From: Paraspadella gotoi | Taxonomy: Eukaryota > Animalia > Chaetognatha | Assembly: GCA_051294375.1 (NCBI GenBank) | Contig: CM119267.1 | Location: 4,823,340-4,887,339, forward strand | Direction of reading: 5' to 3' | DNA length: 64,000 nucleotides | Shown here: positions 13,972 through 64,000 of the stretch, one piece after another | How the letters are laid out: each line of letters starts with the position of its first letter | Numbering within the stretch: the stretch's first letter is position 1 | Translations under genes and position numbers: made by a program | The notes under the pieces: model-generated | The model's input: only the letters and a program-made list of their open reading frames with translations | Database searches by the model: none | Told to the model about the DNA's origin: nothing

Positions 13972-14140
13972 TTGTCGTCGTCGTTGTTGTCCTTCTCCAG
14001 GGCGCAGTTGGCTTAAAATAACTCTTTGTACTTGCAGATGGTCAGTGCTGCTTTCGCCGACGAGAAATTTTCGACCGGCTAAAATTAAACTTAAAGAAAA
14101 CAACACATTTTCTTGTTTATGTAAATTAACTTGTTATTTT

Positions 14141-14271
<131 letters not shown>

Positions 14272-14510
14272 TCATTCGCCAAAGACGAAAACCGCAGCTG
14301 GTCTCTGGTCCGCGTCGGTGAAACGGTCGACAGAGAATCGGTTTGTGAATTGTGAGAGGTTGAAACGAGGGGGCGTGGAAAGCGGCGTGATGTGGGCGTG
14401 GCTGTGAACTGAGGATAGAGAGAAACTGAGAGGACGAATTTATCACAGCTGCGTGATCGATAAGAGTTCAAAGGTTAAAACCTTTTAAAGGATGAAAGAA
14501 AGAAAAGAAT

Positions 14511-14634
14511 GGCTTATTTTCCTATGACGCCCAATTTTATATTTAATTCGAAATTATGTTAGTTTTAAAGTTTAAAGATCAGGTTAGGGATTAAGCGAAG
14601 GGGGTTAGGGATGAGGTTAGTAAGGATTTGCGGG

Positions 14635-14668
<34 letters not shown>

Positions 14669-14776
14669 AGGGATTATGATTGGGGATTATGGTTCAGGAT
14701 TATGTTAAATATTAAGGTTAAAATCAGGTTCAAGGATCAAGGAATATAATTGGGGCGCTTTTGAAAAAGAGAGCCA
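14511..14776 (+). mobile_element. MITE-like element with TTAGGG/TTAGGA-like core, copy 1
   Basis: Ends GGCTTATTTTCC...GCCCAATTT and AATTGGGGCGC...GAAAAAGAGAGCC, shared with five other copies. Confidence 0.65.
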
Positions 14777-17289
14777 GAAAAAGGAATGACTAAATAACCC
14801 CGCCCCCCAAAAAAAACCTGCGAAGAGTTTTGGATCCAAAATTCCCCGCGGGCAACCGTCAAACCTAGCACCAGTTAAATGGTCGAGACACCGAAAAATA
14901 GAAGAGAAATCTTGATACAATCAATATTTAGAAAGGGAATCACTCTTTGCTTTCCTCTCCTCTTTTTTTAATTATTTTTTTTCGTTTGGTGGATTTCCGT
15001 GAAGCCCCTCGCGAGGATCCGTGAGATTCACCGGACGATTCACTCTGACGGACTCACTCCCCCCCCCCTTCTGAGCCCATCGATGCCAGATGTTGAAGGA
15101 GCGGAAGTGGTTGAGGGGAAATGGGATTTCATGGGGGAATAGGGGGAGGGGTGAAGTGGGAAGGGGGAGATAGGGAGTGGGAGGTGGGAAGTGGGAAGTG
15201 TTAGGGAGGAGAAGGGAGATGGAAGGTGAGAGTTGGGAAGTGAAAGATGGGAGATGGGAGATCGAAAGTGGGAGTTGGGAAATGGGAAACAGGTAGGGGG
15301 TGTGAGACGTGGGAAGTGGGAGATAGGAAGTGGGAAGTGGGAAGCGAAAAGTGGAAGCGAGGAGATTGGAGATGGGAGATTTGAGATAGGAAGTGGGAGG
15401 TGGCAAGTGGGAGGTCAAAAGTGGAAGGTAGTAGATGGGAAGTGGCACCGGGAGGTGGCAAGTGGGAGGTGGTGAATGGGAAATAGGAATTGGGAGGCTG
15501 GAGGTAGAAGACGAGAGGCGCAAAGCCAAGTTTGGGAGAGAGTGGCGAGAGGGGAGAACTGAGAGTGGGATGGTATTGGGAATCTAGGTGGGTAGAGTGA
15601 GAAAGCGGGGTGGTTGATGGTGGTAAGTTTTTGGGTGAATGGAAAGAGTAAGAAGAGGAGGAAGTCATTTGGTCAATGGAGATCTCTTCATCGATTCCGC
15701 GCCCATCCAATCCAGAGCAGAGAAGAGGGAAGAGGAGGTGGAGGAGGAGGAGGAGGAGGAGGAGGAGGAAAGGGAAAGCAGAAGTTCGATGCCTAATGTG
15801 GTGACAAATCTGTGGAGAATAAATCCGAAATTGAGGGGAAAAAGAAGTCAAAATGGCGGGAGGAAGGAAAGGAGGAAAGGGAGGAAGAGAGGAAAGAGTG
15901 ATCGAGGAAAGATAAAAAAAAGGGAGAAAGAAAGGAGGAGAGGAAAGGATGATGCAGGAAAAGAGAGATGGAGGAAATGAGGAAGGAAAAATAGGAGATG
16001 GAGGAAAAAAAGATGGAGACAAGAAGATAGGCAGGAAGGCAGGAAAGAGGAAAGAAGATAGGAAGGAAAGGGAGGAAGGAAAGGAAAAAATATTTAGGAT
16101 GGAGGTTAAGTGATCGGAATCCTTTTCTCCGGAGGACATTCGTTGTCAAAAGAAAATTTGGAACTGAACTTTTACTTCACTTTTAAATTTTTTTCTCTTG
16201 AGTTTAGTAAAAGGCAGAAATGAAAAAGAAACGTGATGAAATATTTTGACGTTTCGACGTCAGAGCGACATGGGCGGAAGGTCGTAAAGTTCCATTGCTC
16301 GCATTAAACTAAATGACCCCAATCTTTGTTTTCTCATCGGAATATAAATGGGTTAATGGAAGTGAAAGAAGTTAAAAGCGGTTCAAAGTTTGTGAAAGGA
16401 GCAGATCGTGAAAAATCTCGTGATAACGACTCCAGACTTTTTTTTCCGGTCGGAATCGAAATCACATCGGGGAGAAAGGATGGAATCGAATCGCGTTGAG
16501 AATTAGGGAGGGAGAGAGAGAGGAAGGAAAAGGAGAGAGAGGTGATGAAAGAAGAGAGGAAAGATGAGAGGAAGGGAGAGAGGTAGAGGAGAAAGAGAGG
16601 AAGGGAAGAATTGATAAAGGAAGGAGGAAAGGAGAGAGGTAGAGGAGAGAGAAAGGAAAGGAAGAATTGATAAAGGAAGGAGAAAATAAGAGAAGGGAGG
16701 AAAGGAGAGAGGGAGGAAAAGAGAGAGGGAGGAAAGGAAAGCCATGGGAGAGAAAAAAGAAAGTAAAAAAATCAATATAAAATAGTAAAATTAATCGGTT
16801 CTCTGGTTCAATGTTCCTGAAGCGATCGATTGTGCTCAGTGATCTTGCGATTCACGCTTCCGAGTGAGAACCGGTGAGTTTTCTTACTGCACTAGTTTTG
16901 CATCGGAATGCAAATTGTTTATCGATTTCACAACAAAGTTAAAGAGACGCGAACAAGTAAATTTCTGGTCAACGTAGATTCGTTTAATTCGAACTAAATC
17001 GAGATAGAAAACTGAGTTCTGTTGAGAAAGAAACAAATCGGAGAAGGAGAAAGAATAAAAGGGAAATGATAAGAGAGGAGATAAAAATACGATTGGAAAA
17101 TAAGAAAAATAAAAAAAAGAAAGAAAAATATTCGATGTGAAACGTGGAAAAGATTCGAAGGAGAAAGAAAAGAGAGAAATTGGAGGCAAATGTTCAAAAA
17201 AAGAAAAGAAAGAAAAATTCAGAAAAGTAAAGAGAGAAAATTTAATTTAATTCTGCGAAGAAAATGAATATACATTACCCGCGACTGAG

Positions 17290-17408
17290 ATTCTGAGAGT
17301 TTGAGAGTCTGAGAGGTTGAGAGGTTGAGAGGTTGAGAGGTTGAGAGATTGAGAGTTTGAGAGCCTGAGAGGTTGAGCGTTTGAGAGCCTGAGAGCCTGA
17401 GAGCCTGC
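17290..17408. repeat. 8-bp tandem repeat (GAGAGGTT/GAGAGCCT)
   Basis: About 14 degenerate copies read directly. Confidence 0.85.
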
Positions 17409-20207
17409 GAGTCTGTTTTTCTTTCTTCTTAAAATAGTTTTCTTCCTCTTTAGAAGATCTCTCTCTCTCTCTCTCNNNNNNNNNNNNNNNNNNNNNNNNN
17501 NNNNNNNNNNNNNNNNNNNNNNNNNNNNNNNNNNNNNNNNNNNNNNNNNNNNNNNNNNNNNNNNNNNNNNNNNNNNNNNNNNNNNNNNNNNNNNNNNNNN
17601 NNNNNNNNNNNNNNNNNNNNNNNNNNNNNNNNNNNNNNNNNNNNNNNNNNNNNNNNNNNNNNNNNNNNNNNNNNNNNNNNNNNNNNNNNNNNNNNNNNNN
17701 NNNNNNNNNNNNNNNNNNNNNNNNNNNNNNNNNNNNNNNNNNNNNNNNNNNNNNNNNNNNNNNNNNNNNNNNNNNNNNNNNNNNNNNNNNNNNNNNNNNN
17801 NNNNNNNNNNNNNNNNNNNNNNNNNNNNNNNNNNNNNNNNNNNNNTCTGTCTCTCTCTCTCTCATCTACTCTCTCTCTCTCTCTCTCTTCCTCTCTCATC
17901 TCTCTCTCTTCTCTCTCTCTCATCTCCAGAGGAAGCAAATAGAGATAGATGAAACCGGAAAGTCCAAAGCATGAAAGAGAGTAAAGTATTGAGTAGAAAA
18001 AAAGGAAAACAAAGTGAATAATAAAAGAGAAAAGAAATGCTTCACAGGTGCGAATGGAATCGTAGTGAATAAGAAAAGAAAAAAAAAAGAAAAGAAGAGA
18101 AAAGAAAGACTTTGATTAATTAATCTATTTGCTATATTATTCTTTTATTATTTAATCGTTTGCTACTATTACTCTTACTATTTATTCATTTATTCTTTGT
18201 AATTCTTAGTTACTTATTCATTTATTTAATTTATAAACGTCTTAGAAAATTAGGAAACAAGGAAAGGAAATTAACAATTCAAACGAGTTCACAGTTATGT
18301 ATATTGTATAACTACTCTTTATGTAATTATTTATAGTAACTCGATAATCTCAGCCATGGTTAATAGACCTCCCCAGTATCAAAAAATTGTCTCCCAAGTT
18401 CTCACTCGGTTCGGTTTCCCGTTATTTATGAACATTGGATAAGTTTTAACTCAAATCTGAAAAAAAAATGTTACCGCGTATCAACCCAATGAAGCGTCAA
18501 AGTCAATTAGCGCAAACCTCGTGTCTAGTGAAATTTTTTTCCCCCATAAAATCTAATGATTTTTCAGTTTTGCTAATTTTTTAACTTAAAAAAGTGGCTT
18601 GTAACCCTGTCAAAAACTAAGGTAAACTTATTATAGAACGTGTTATTTTTGTAAAACGAGGGACATCTGTGTCAACCGAAGTAAGCTGTCAAAATATAAC
18701 CGGAAGTAAGTCCAAAAAACCGGAGAGTAGTGTTTAAAACTAAACCTTTCATAAAACAAAAACGAATAAAATGATAAAAGTTTTTGACAAAGGCATTCGA
18801 TAAGAAGTGAATAAGGACTTGAACAGAGGGAGTTGGGAGATACAGTAGCAATAAATATTAATGGCAAGGTAAAAGAGGGAGAGAGAGGAGAGAGAGAGAG
18901 AGAGAGACAAAGGGAGAGAGAGAAAAAGCAAGCGATATAGGTTGTCAACAAAGAACTGGGAAAGGACATTGGCTAGAGGTGAAGACAGCTTAAGTTAAGG
19001 AGAGGAGAAATAGAGAGAAATAGAAAGTGAAGGAAAATGAAATAAAGTCATTTAAAATTTAAGCAAAAATTGTTTGGATATTTTTAAATTGAATAATATA
19101 TAACAATAATAAATTTAATGACTAAAATTAAATTATCAATTTACAAAATTAAAATAGTGGAAATGAAACCATGAAATAGTGAAACAGATAGAGAGAATTA
19201 CAATAAGTGAAAAGAAAGTAAAAATTTAAGATAAAAAAGAGCTCAAAATAGAGCTGACCCCCTCATAGGATAATGGAAAGTCATTGCCTGTTTGGATCAT
19301 GGATTAGTCATTGGCTATGAGGAAAGTGATATCTAGTTGGTTTTGTTTGGATCAAAATGTCCATTGAGCCTGCTGTACCTGTCAAGAGCCCTCTTCTTAC
19401 CTGACGGTGAGACAGTCGGTTGTCTGTTCACGGATTTTTCTTCCTCTGAGTCTGGGGGATGCGCGATTCGTAGATAGACAAACTGAGTTACTTCAGCAGA
19501 GGTTGAACTTATTTCACATCACTTCAATATCTCTCCTTTCTCAGTTCTTTGTTGCCACCTTTTTCTATCTCTCTCTCTCTCTCTCACCTAAAGAAAAACT
19601 TTGAACCTCTTTCGATCTTATAGAAAATGAGTGAAAGAAAAATATTTATCTTGCCCTGTTTTTGCGCCTGCATTTTGAAAAGTTTTTTTTAAAATTTTGT
19701 AATAGGATTTTTAGTTATTTTAGAATCACTTCTGGTTTAACTTTCTGAAAACCGTATTTTTTACAACTTAATATTGCCATGATTTTAGGGAATACAACTT
19801 GTTCTTATAGTTAATATTAAGTCAGTCTTGTCAAAACCTCTATTTGGACCGGCGAACACACTAAAACGCCCAGGCCCGTAAAGCATGGAGACTCAACTTT
19901 TTTTTAATGATTAAAAAAAGTGAGAGCATCGAGGTCCTTCGGCATCGTCCCTCCCTCACGCCACTTTTCCGGAAAGAAGCGCAGCTTCTAATGGAATCAC
20001 CTCAGCTTTAAAGTCATGATGGCATAGGATCAATTTCAAATGCCACAGAATTGAATCTTGCTCGAAAAGTATTTTACAAAACAAATAATGAATTGTAACA
20101 TGTAAAAGATCGTCAAAAACTTTTTTAAAATCGCATTATGATATAAATCCTTTCTTTTTCATTGTTTGAGATAATTAGAGAAAATTTGACGATTTTGTTT
20201 TATTATT

Positions 20208-20256
20208 GTAAAACAGACATGTTTCTGCTTTATTTCTAGTCTTCATCAGCGTTAAT
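20208..20256 (-). ncRNA. Second, degenerate hammerhead ribozyme copy in inverted orientation
   Basis: Reverse complement reads AACG-CTGATGA-AGACTAGAAATAAAGCA-GAAA-CATGTC-TGTT; core intact, stem II mutated. Confidence 0.6.
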
Positions 20257-20452
20257 GTGAATTTGAAAAATATTTTGTGTTTTAACTCATCTCTCAAAAT
20301 CTATCCTTTCAAATTTCAAATTTCTATTTCACTCTCACTAATTATTAAGTAGATTAATTGTTAAATTTCACTAATATTCATCAATTTAAAACTTTATTAT
20401 TATTATTGTTATACATTGCACAATGTAAAGATTTTTTCACTGTTTCTTTCTT

Positions 20453-20505
<53 letters not shown>

Positions 20506-20659
20506 CACCATCTCACTTTTTTTCAAAACTTACTCTGTCTGTCCTCACCAATTGACCACTGTCCTTTCTAAACTCTGTGTTGGAAACTTTGCCCTCTCTC
20601 TCTCTCTCTGTTTATCTCTTTTTCTCTCTTCCTTTACACAAAATGTTTTCCAAATTCAC

Positions 20660-20708
20660 ATTAACGCTGATGAAGGCTTGAAATAAAGCCGAAACATGTC
20701 TGTTTTAC
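20660..20708 (+). ncRNA. Minimal type I hammerhead ribozyme, Penelope-like-element type
   Basis: AACG-CTGATGA-A-GGCTT(GAAATA)AAGCC-GAAA-CATGTC-TGTT: catalytic core, 5-bp stem II, palindromic ACATGT stem III, GUC cleavage triplet ending at 20700, stem I AACG/TGTT. Confidence 0.75.
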
Positions 20709-21953
20709 AATAATAAAACAAAATCGTTGTCAAATCCAAATTCAAACTTTCTTTAAATTTGCGTTTAAAATTATGTTAAATTTTCAAAGTCAAGTAGTAA
20801 AGTTCGATGAGTTTTGAATATATTTATATAAATTTCATCTTATCCACATATAATACAATTAAAATGATAACTGAGGCGACTTATCTGAAAGCAAAGAAAA
20901 AGCTTAACTGATTAAGGTTAACAGGCACAAGATACCCTTTTGAGAATCAGTTTTATATCTGCTAAGAAAAAAATACAAATAAACTTTTTAGATCATTTTT
21001 CACAAACCTTCAACTTCTTTTTATGAGCTAAATTTTATATTCTTTTTAAAACCAAAGCTATAGTCACGAATCCATCAGTTTTATTAAATTCTAAACATAA
21101 ACAGATATATTTTTAAAAAAAAATAAATTAGTTACTCGAATTTTTTTTTAATTTATAAAAAAGGATTAAAAACCTTGTATTTAGTATTATTGTTTAAGGG
21201 ATTTTTGGGGTTAACTTCATTATTTTTATGTTATTTTAATTGATTTTAAATTTAAAATGTAAAATTAGGAATTTTAAAATTTGTGCTAACAAATTGGATA
21301 CCCTGACTTAATAATTTAAATACTCACTACTCGCAAAAATAAAAATCATTTGCATAATGACTTTAAAACAGTTTTTTAAGCTCTTTTAAATGCTACTATA
21401 AATATTTTTATAAACATTACATAATTTAGGTGAGGTTCAATTATTTTGTGGCATTTAAAATCAATTTCATCAAAATTATAACAATCAAAACACTTAAATA
21501 TGCGGAAAACCATACTTCCGGCTAGGGCCACGCCCCATAATGACAATATATTTTTTTCAATTTAGTAAAACAAAACAAGGGGAATAAGCTACTGGTGTTA
21601 TTTAACTAAAAATGGTGAAAAATCTTTATATTATGGGTTATTAAAATTGTTATTTAAAAGATTATTATCATTTTACATCAATTTTTTTTGCATCAGTACT
21701 TGTTCACTTTGACGCTCGATTGGGTTTATTAGAAAAAACATTTTTAACCTAAACAGGCTTTTAAAATCAATTTAAGATAAGAAATAATGGGAAACCAGAC
21801 CGAGTGAGAACTTAGTATGAGGTTTTACGAGGCTGGGGAACTCTAATGGTTAAACGTTCGACCTTGGGAATAAATTGTTTCCTCCCTTTGTACTTGCATT
21901 TGTGAACTTAAGTGTCTTGGGATTTTTGGAGCGATGAGTAAAGTTCATTATAA

Positions 21954-22051
<98 letters not shown>

Positions 22052-22788
22052 CTACTGAAACCCAAGAAGCCCCGAAGAAAACAACGCCAAAGAGAAAAGA
22101 TTCAAGTCGTGAAAGAAAAGAGATGAAATAGAAAATGGAAAGATAAAAGGGTTGAAAGAGAAAATGGATGAATGTAAGACAAGAAAAGTAGATAATTACA
22201 TTTGAAAAAAAAATTAGAAAAAAAAGAAGTTGACATCTACAATGACGATGACTAAATAAGCAATGTTATTCTACATAAAATTGTATACAATTTACTTAAG
22301 CAGAAATTTAAAATAAACCCGAGCTTCTTTTAAAATTTAACTTTTTTTAACGGATCAAGTATTCTGCTTTCAACATTCTATTTCCAAGATGAGAAACCTA
22401 AAAAACTATCATGTTTTCCCATGCCGTGTCATGCGAATTGAAACAGTCCAAGCTGTCACGCAGTCAACCGACCAGCGTTTAACGACTGACCGACCATCGG
22501 ACGAATCAATCAACGACTTTTTTAAAATCCGATTTCACATTTAAATAAACTGGAACTTGGAAACAAAGATTAACGGTTAGCGGAATAGTGGTGGGAAACC
22601 AGCAGAGAGAGAGAGAAGAGAAGACGAGTGAGAGAATGAGAGAAGAGTAAGAGTATTTATCGATCTGTTTTATTGAGACAGATTCCATTTCTCCTTTTTT
22701 TCAAAAAATTGGAGACTTGAATGATTGTTGAAAGATGGTCTATAAAAAGGGAAAATGAAGGGCAAAATCTTGATGCAGATAAGATCGT

Positions 22789-22835
<47 letters not shown>

Positions 22836-23502
22836 AAGAATTTGTAAGCATTTCTTAACACCGTGACTTGAATTTCGATTTAGCTCTCATAAATACAACC
22901 TTATGGCCTAAAAAGGGATTTTTCAAATCGGCCAAAACAGACTACTTTTCAAATCCTTGGCAGCTGTTATGGTTACACGCTCGAAGGGACCATCAAATCC
23001 GCCCCTCGTAAACTTGTTTCTTTTTTTTCCGAAAGGAAACAAACACTAAACATTGATATCATTAGATGTCGCTAGTTTTCCACCTCGCGGGTCGCTCGCA
23101 TTTTTATGGCATTTTCTACGACTATGACCTTTTTTTTTTCGATGTGCAACATATCGAAAAATACTCGTCGATGCTTTTCGAGAGTTTTCGTGAGAAATCC
23201 GCCTTTCAAAGAGAATTTCACTTTGAAAATCTTTTTCAGTGCTTCGTTAAGAAATATGAGAATAGTTTCAAAAGACGCACAACAAAACAAAAGATCAATC
23301 GATTTAACAACAGCAAAAAGTATAAAAAAATATATATTAAATTCAAAAAAATACATTCACACAACATAATTTCTCGTTCCAGATTCTCATCGCCGTTTTC
23401 TCGATATTCCATCACATGGCTTGGGATCCCGATCGAGGCCCCACATTTGCGGCGTCGCTTTCAGCGATCGGCGATCCGGCGACAACGACGACGACAACGA
23501 CG

Positions 23503-39662
<16,160 letters not shown>

Positions 39663-40041
39663 AAGAGAAACAAAACAAAAACAAAACAAAAACAAAAACT
39701 TGACCTCGAATCTCCGAAATTGACCATGACCTTAAATCGAATGAATGACCTTGACCTCGAATCGTAGAATAACTTGCGACTTTAAGATGACTTATTGAAA
39801 GCAACGAGAGCCAAAAACTCGACATTGCGAACGTCAATGGAATCTTCCAAAAAAAAAACGACGTCGCAGATGGCAAAAGTCCAAAACAATTGTGGCGAAG
39901 ATTTCAACGAAATCCCATCAAATTCGGGAGAGCGGAAAGTTTTTCGTCGTTTCCCGCCGATAATCGACCATTCCATATTTCGTATCGCCACTGAGTCACT
40001 GACCATATTCCATTAGGAGTTGCTCATATTTGTCAATGTTG

Positions 40042-40047
40042 AATAAA
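40042..40047 (+). promoter_or_regulatory. Candidate GPCR polyadenylation signal
   Basis: First AATAAA seen ~380 nt after the GPCR stop; another at 40458. Confidence 0.35.
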
Positions 40048-41790
40048 AAGTAAAAAAGCCTGTTATCGTTCAAAACATTCCCCCCCCCAAAAAAAAACTG
40101 TTTTAAAATCTGGGACGCCCGTGTAGTGTGCTATCTTCTTTTTTATGTTTTTTTTATCAAATTATCTGAAAGTGTACAAAGATTCGATGACTACGAGAAG
40201 TAGTAAAAATTGTTATAAATAGATTAAATATTGTACAGAAAAAAAAGTGTTATTCCAAAAAAAGTAGAACAAATTAAACATTCCTTCAAAGACTTATCTA
40301 GTAAAAGGTTCTGATAATTATAATACTTTTTAGAACAAGTTTGGGTAAAGAAAATTTTAAAAAAGCATCGCCATGTTCGTGTTTTGTAATACTTGAATAT
40401 TATTGATTTTTTCTTATCGTTAGCGACACTGTATTCCTAATTTACTAAAACGATGTAAATAAAGTTTTAAGAACGAGTAAACAGCGATTAAAATCATTGA
40501 TTTTATATTTTTAAGTGCTCAGCAATGGTTGGATTTATACTTCTTTACCCGCTTTCGTTTGTCACCTCTCATTATTGAAACCTTTTTGAAATCGCTTGCA
40601 GTGGTTTGACCTCTTGTTGTTCTCGGTAGGCCAAAACTGTTACCATTTTTAAAAAAAAAAGTTCACAGGTGAAATTTATCAATTCGATCCAGCAACATTG
40701 CCTCTATGTTCATGAATTAACGTTAACTATCCAATAATTATTGAGATTTTCTTGATTTTTTTCTTTATTTTTCATCATTTGACTTCATTCCTAGTTGAAA
40801 AATTACCTTAAATTATATTTGTGTTAAATCATTGCCAAATGCTACCAACATTTGGTTCATTCGTCATTTTGTCTTGAGAAATTAAAATGATATGTCGGCA
40901 TTTAATTTTAATTTTAAGAAGTGCTAAATGCAAAATGCTAAATTTTTATTTCTCGATAGAACACAGTACGAGGAATTACTAAAGTCAAGCTCCTTTGTGT
41001 TTTTTAATGACTCAGAAAACAAGAAGCACGCAATTACAGTGAGGTTATCATTTAAAAACCTTCGTACAGCTGCAATACCAAAATTTAAATCGGAAAACAT
41101 TTTCAACATTTGGAAATATACGTTAAGGTTTTACAAACGAGTGTAAAGGACGAGAGATTAAACCAAAGAATCTTTCACCGGTTAAATTTACTAGAATAAG
41201 AAAAACAATTTCGAGCAAAAGAAAACTTTTTTCGAAAACTCTACTGAAAAAGAAACGTGTTAATGGAAAGAGAACGGAGTAGAGATTTTGTTTAAATTAC
41301 AAGAAACTGAAAGTTAAAACTCGCCCCATTAAACTATGAGATGTTTACTAATCGCTAAGTATTTTTGAAGTAAGAAACAATAGCTTAGAAATTATTGCTT
41401 AATAGTTCAAGTTATTTTTTATTTATATTTTTGGCGAGTAACTAACTAACTCGGGCGGTGGGGGAACCTTTTTGTTCACCAAATTTGAATTTTTAAAACA
41501 ATATTTTCTCGAAAGACGGAAGGAGGGGGAGGAGAGACTTTGGGCGGCGTGAATCTTTTTAAATTTTTTTTTTTAAGCGGCGTTCAAATAAATTCTCTCC
41601 TTTTCATCCAAACATTTCAACGCCCCCTTTCTTTTTAAACAAAAGAACACCTCGACGCCCCTTTTGTTTTGACTTGGCTAAGATTTGGCGGCAAAGAGGA
41701 GACGTTTTATTTGTCTCGTCTGGATCACGGGTGACTGAAGACTAATCAGACTAATCAGACTAATCAGCTGAGTAGATCAATGACCCAACT

Positions 41791-63246
<21,456 letters not shown>

Positions 63247-64000
63247 TTTGTGGCGCGGAGGGCGGGGGGGAAGGAGGGACGATGGCGTTGAGGATGAATC
63301 TATCGATTGAGTCTATAATCCGTTCCGTCCTCGGGTCGGCGCTCGCTCTCTCTCCGTCTCTCTCTCTCTCTCTTTTTATTGTGTATTTTTGTTATTTTTA
63401 TTTAAAAAAAAACAAAAGCGAATAATGATTTATTTTTCGGGTTTTCGGACGAAAATCTCTTTTTTTTTTCTCCTCATTTGAGGATCGAGGGAATGGAGAT
63501 TCGGCGGTCGTCAGGAAATCGCTTTTGCGTCGGACAGACAATTTATTAACAGCGTTGTTCGAAAATAACTGCATCCGCAAAAAAAAAGCCCCAATCACCA
63601 ATTTTATTTTTAATTTTAATAACCTCCCTCGCGCCCGCGCGCATTCTTGTGTTCGCTCGTTCGTTTCGGTTGTTCGTTTCATACGTTTAGGTTGTTCGTT
63701 GGTTAGTCCCTTTTTTCATTTGTTACATTTTTTTTTATAATATCGCAATAGACAAACAAGATTACAATTTGGTTCTTTTAAGTTTGCTTGCTATTTCAAA
63801 ATTGCGCCTTTTTTTCCTTTATCGTCTTTTCGCTCATGAATTATTAATCAACCCCTTTAAAATAATTCAGACATTTAAATTTCCGATGTTTAACTGACAG
63901 GTTTATATTTTTCGAAACATTTTCAAACGTGTCCCTTTTCGCCCCAAATAATTTTTATTCTTGTTTTTTATTCTGTGAAATTAGCTTTCCCCCCTCTCTC

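Noticed and set aside
11616-14016. ORFs of 150-300 aa
   Set aside because: Almost entirely N-gap (X) sequence.

Overview
Eukaryotic, invertebrate-type animal draft genome: AT-rich, CpG not depleted, dense in (GA/CT)n and trinucleotide microsatellites, with seven N gaps. Two intron-rich genes converge tail-to-tail. On the + strand is an 11-exon rhodopsin-class GPCR (about 23.4-39.7 kb, ~610 aa) with a very large Cys-rich extracellular loop 2 and a long third intracellular loop. On the - strand is a ~16-exon paxillin (63.2-41.8 kb; LD1, LD2, LD4, LD5 and four LIM domains), with a candidate ~443-aa N-terminal extension exon, micro-exons and a GC-AG intron. I built the exons by hand from reading frame, splice phase and family motifs; nearly all ORF-track ORFs are microsatellite artefacts. 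The non-coding DNA holds an inverted pair of minimal Penelope-type hammerhead ribozymes, a six-copy MITE-like element with a TTAGGG-like core, DINE-1/HINE-like elements and a fold-back element. The most unusual signals concern splicing: G/purine-rich intron 5' ends with C-rich 3' ends, A-rich AAG acceptors lacking a U tract, and GC donors. That polarity also hints at a cryptic minus-strand transcript in the first ~19 kb. No database search was possible, so the species and the novelty claims are unverified.
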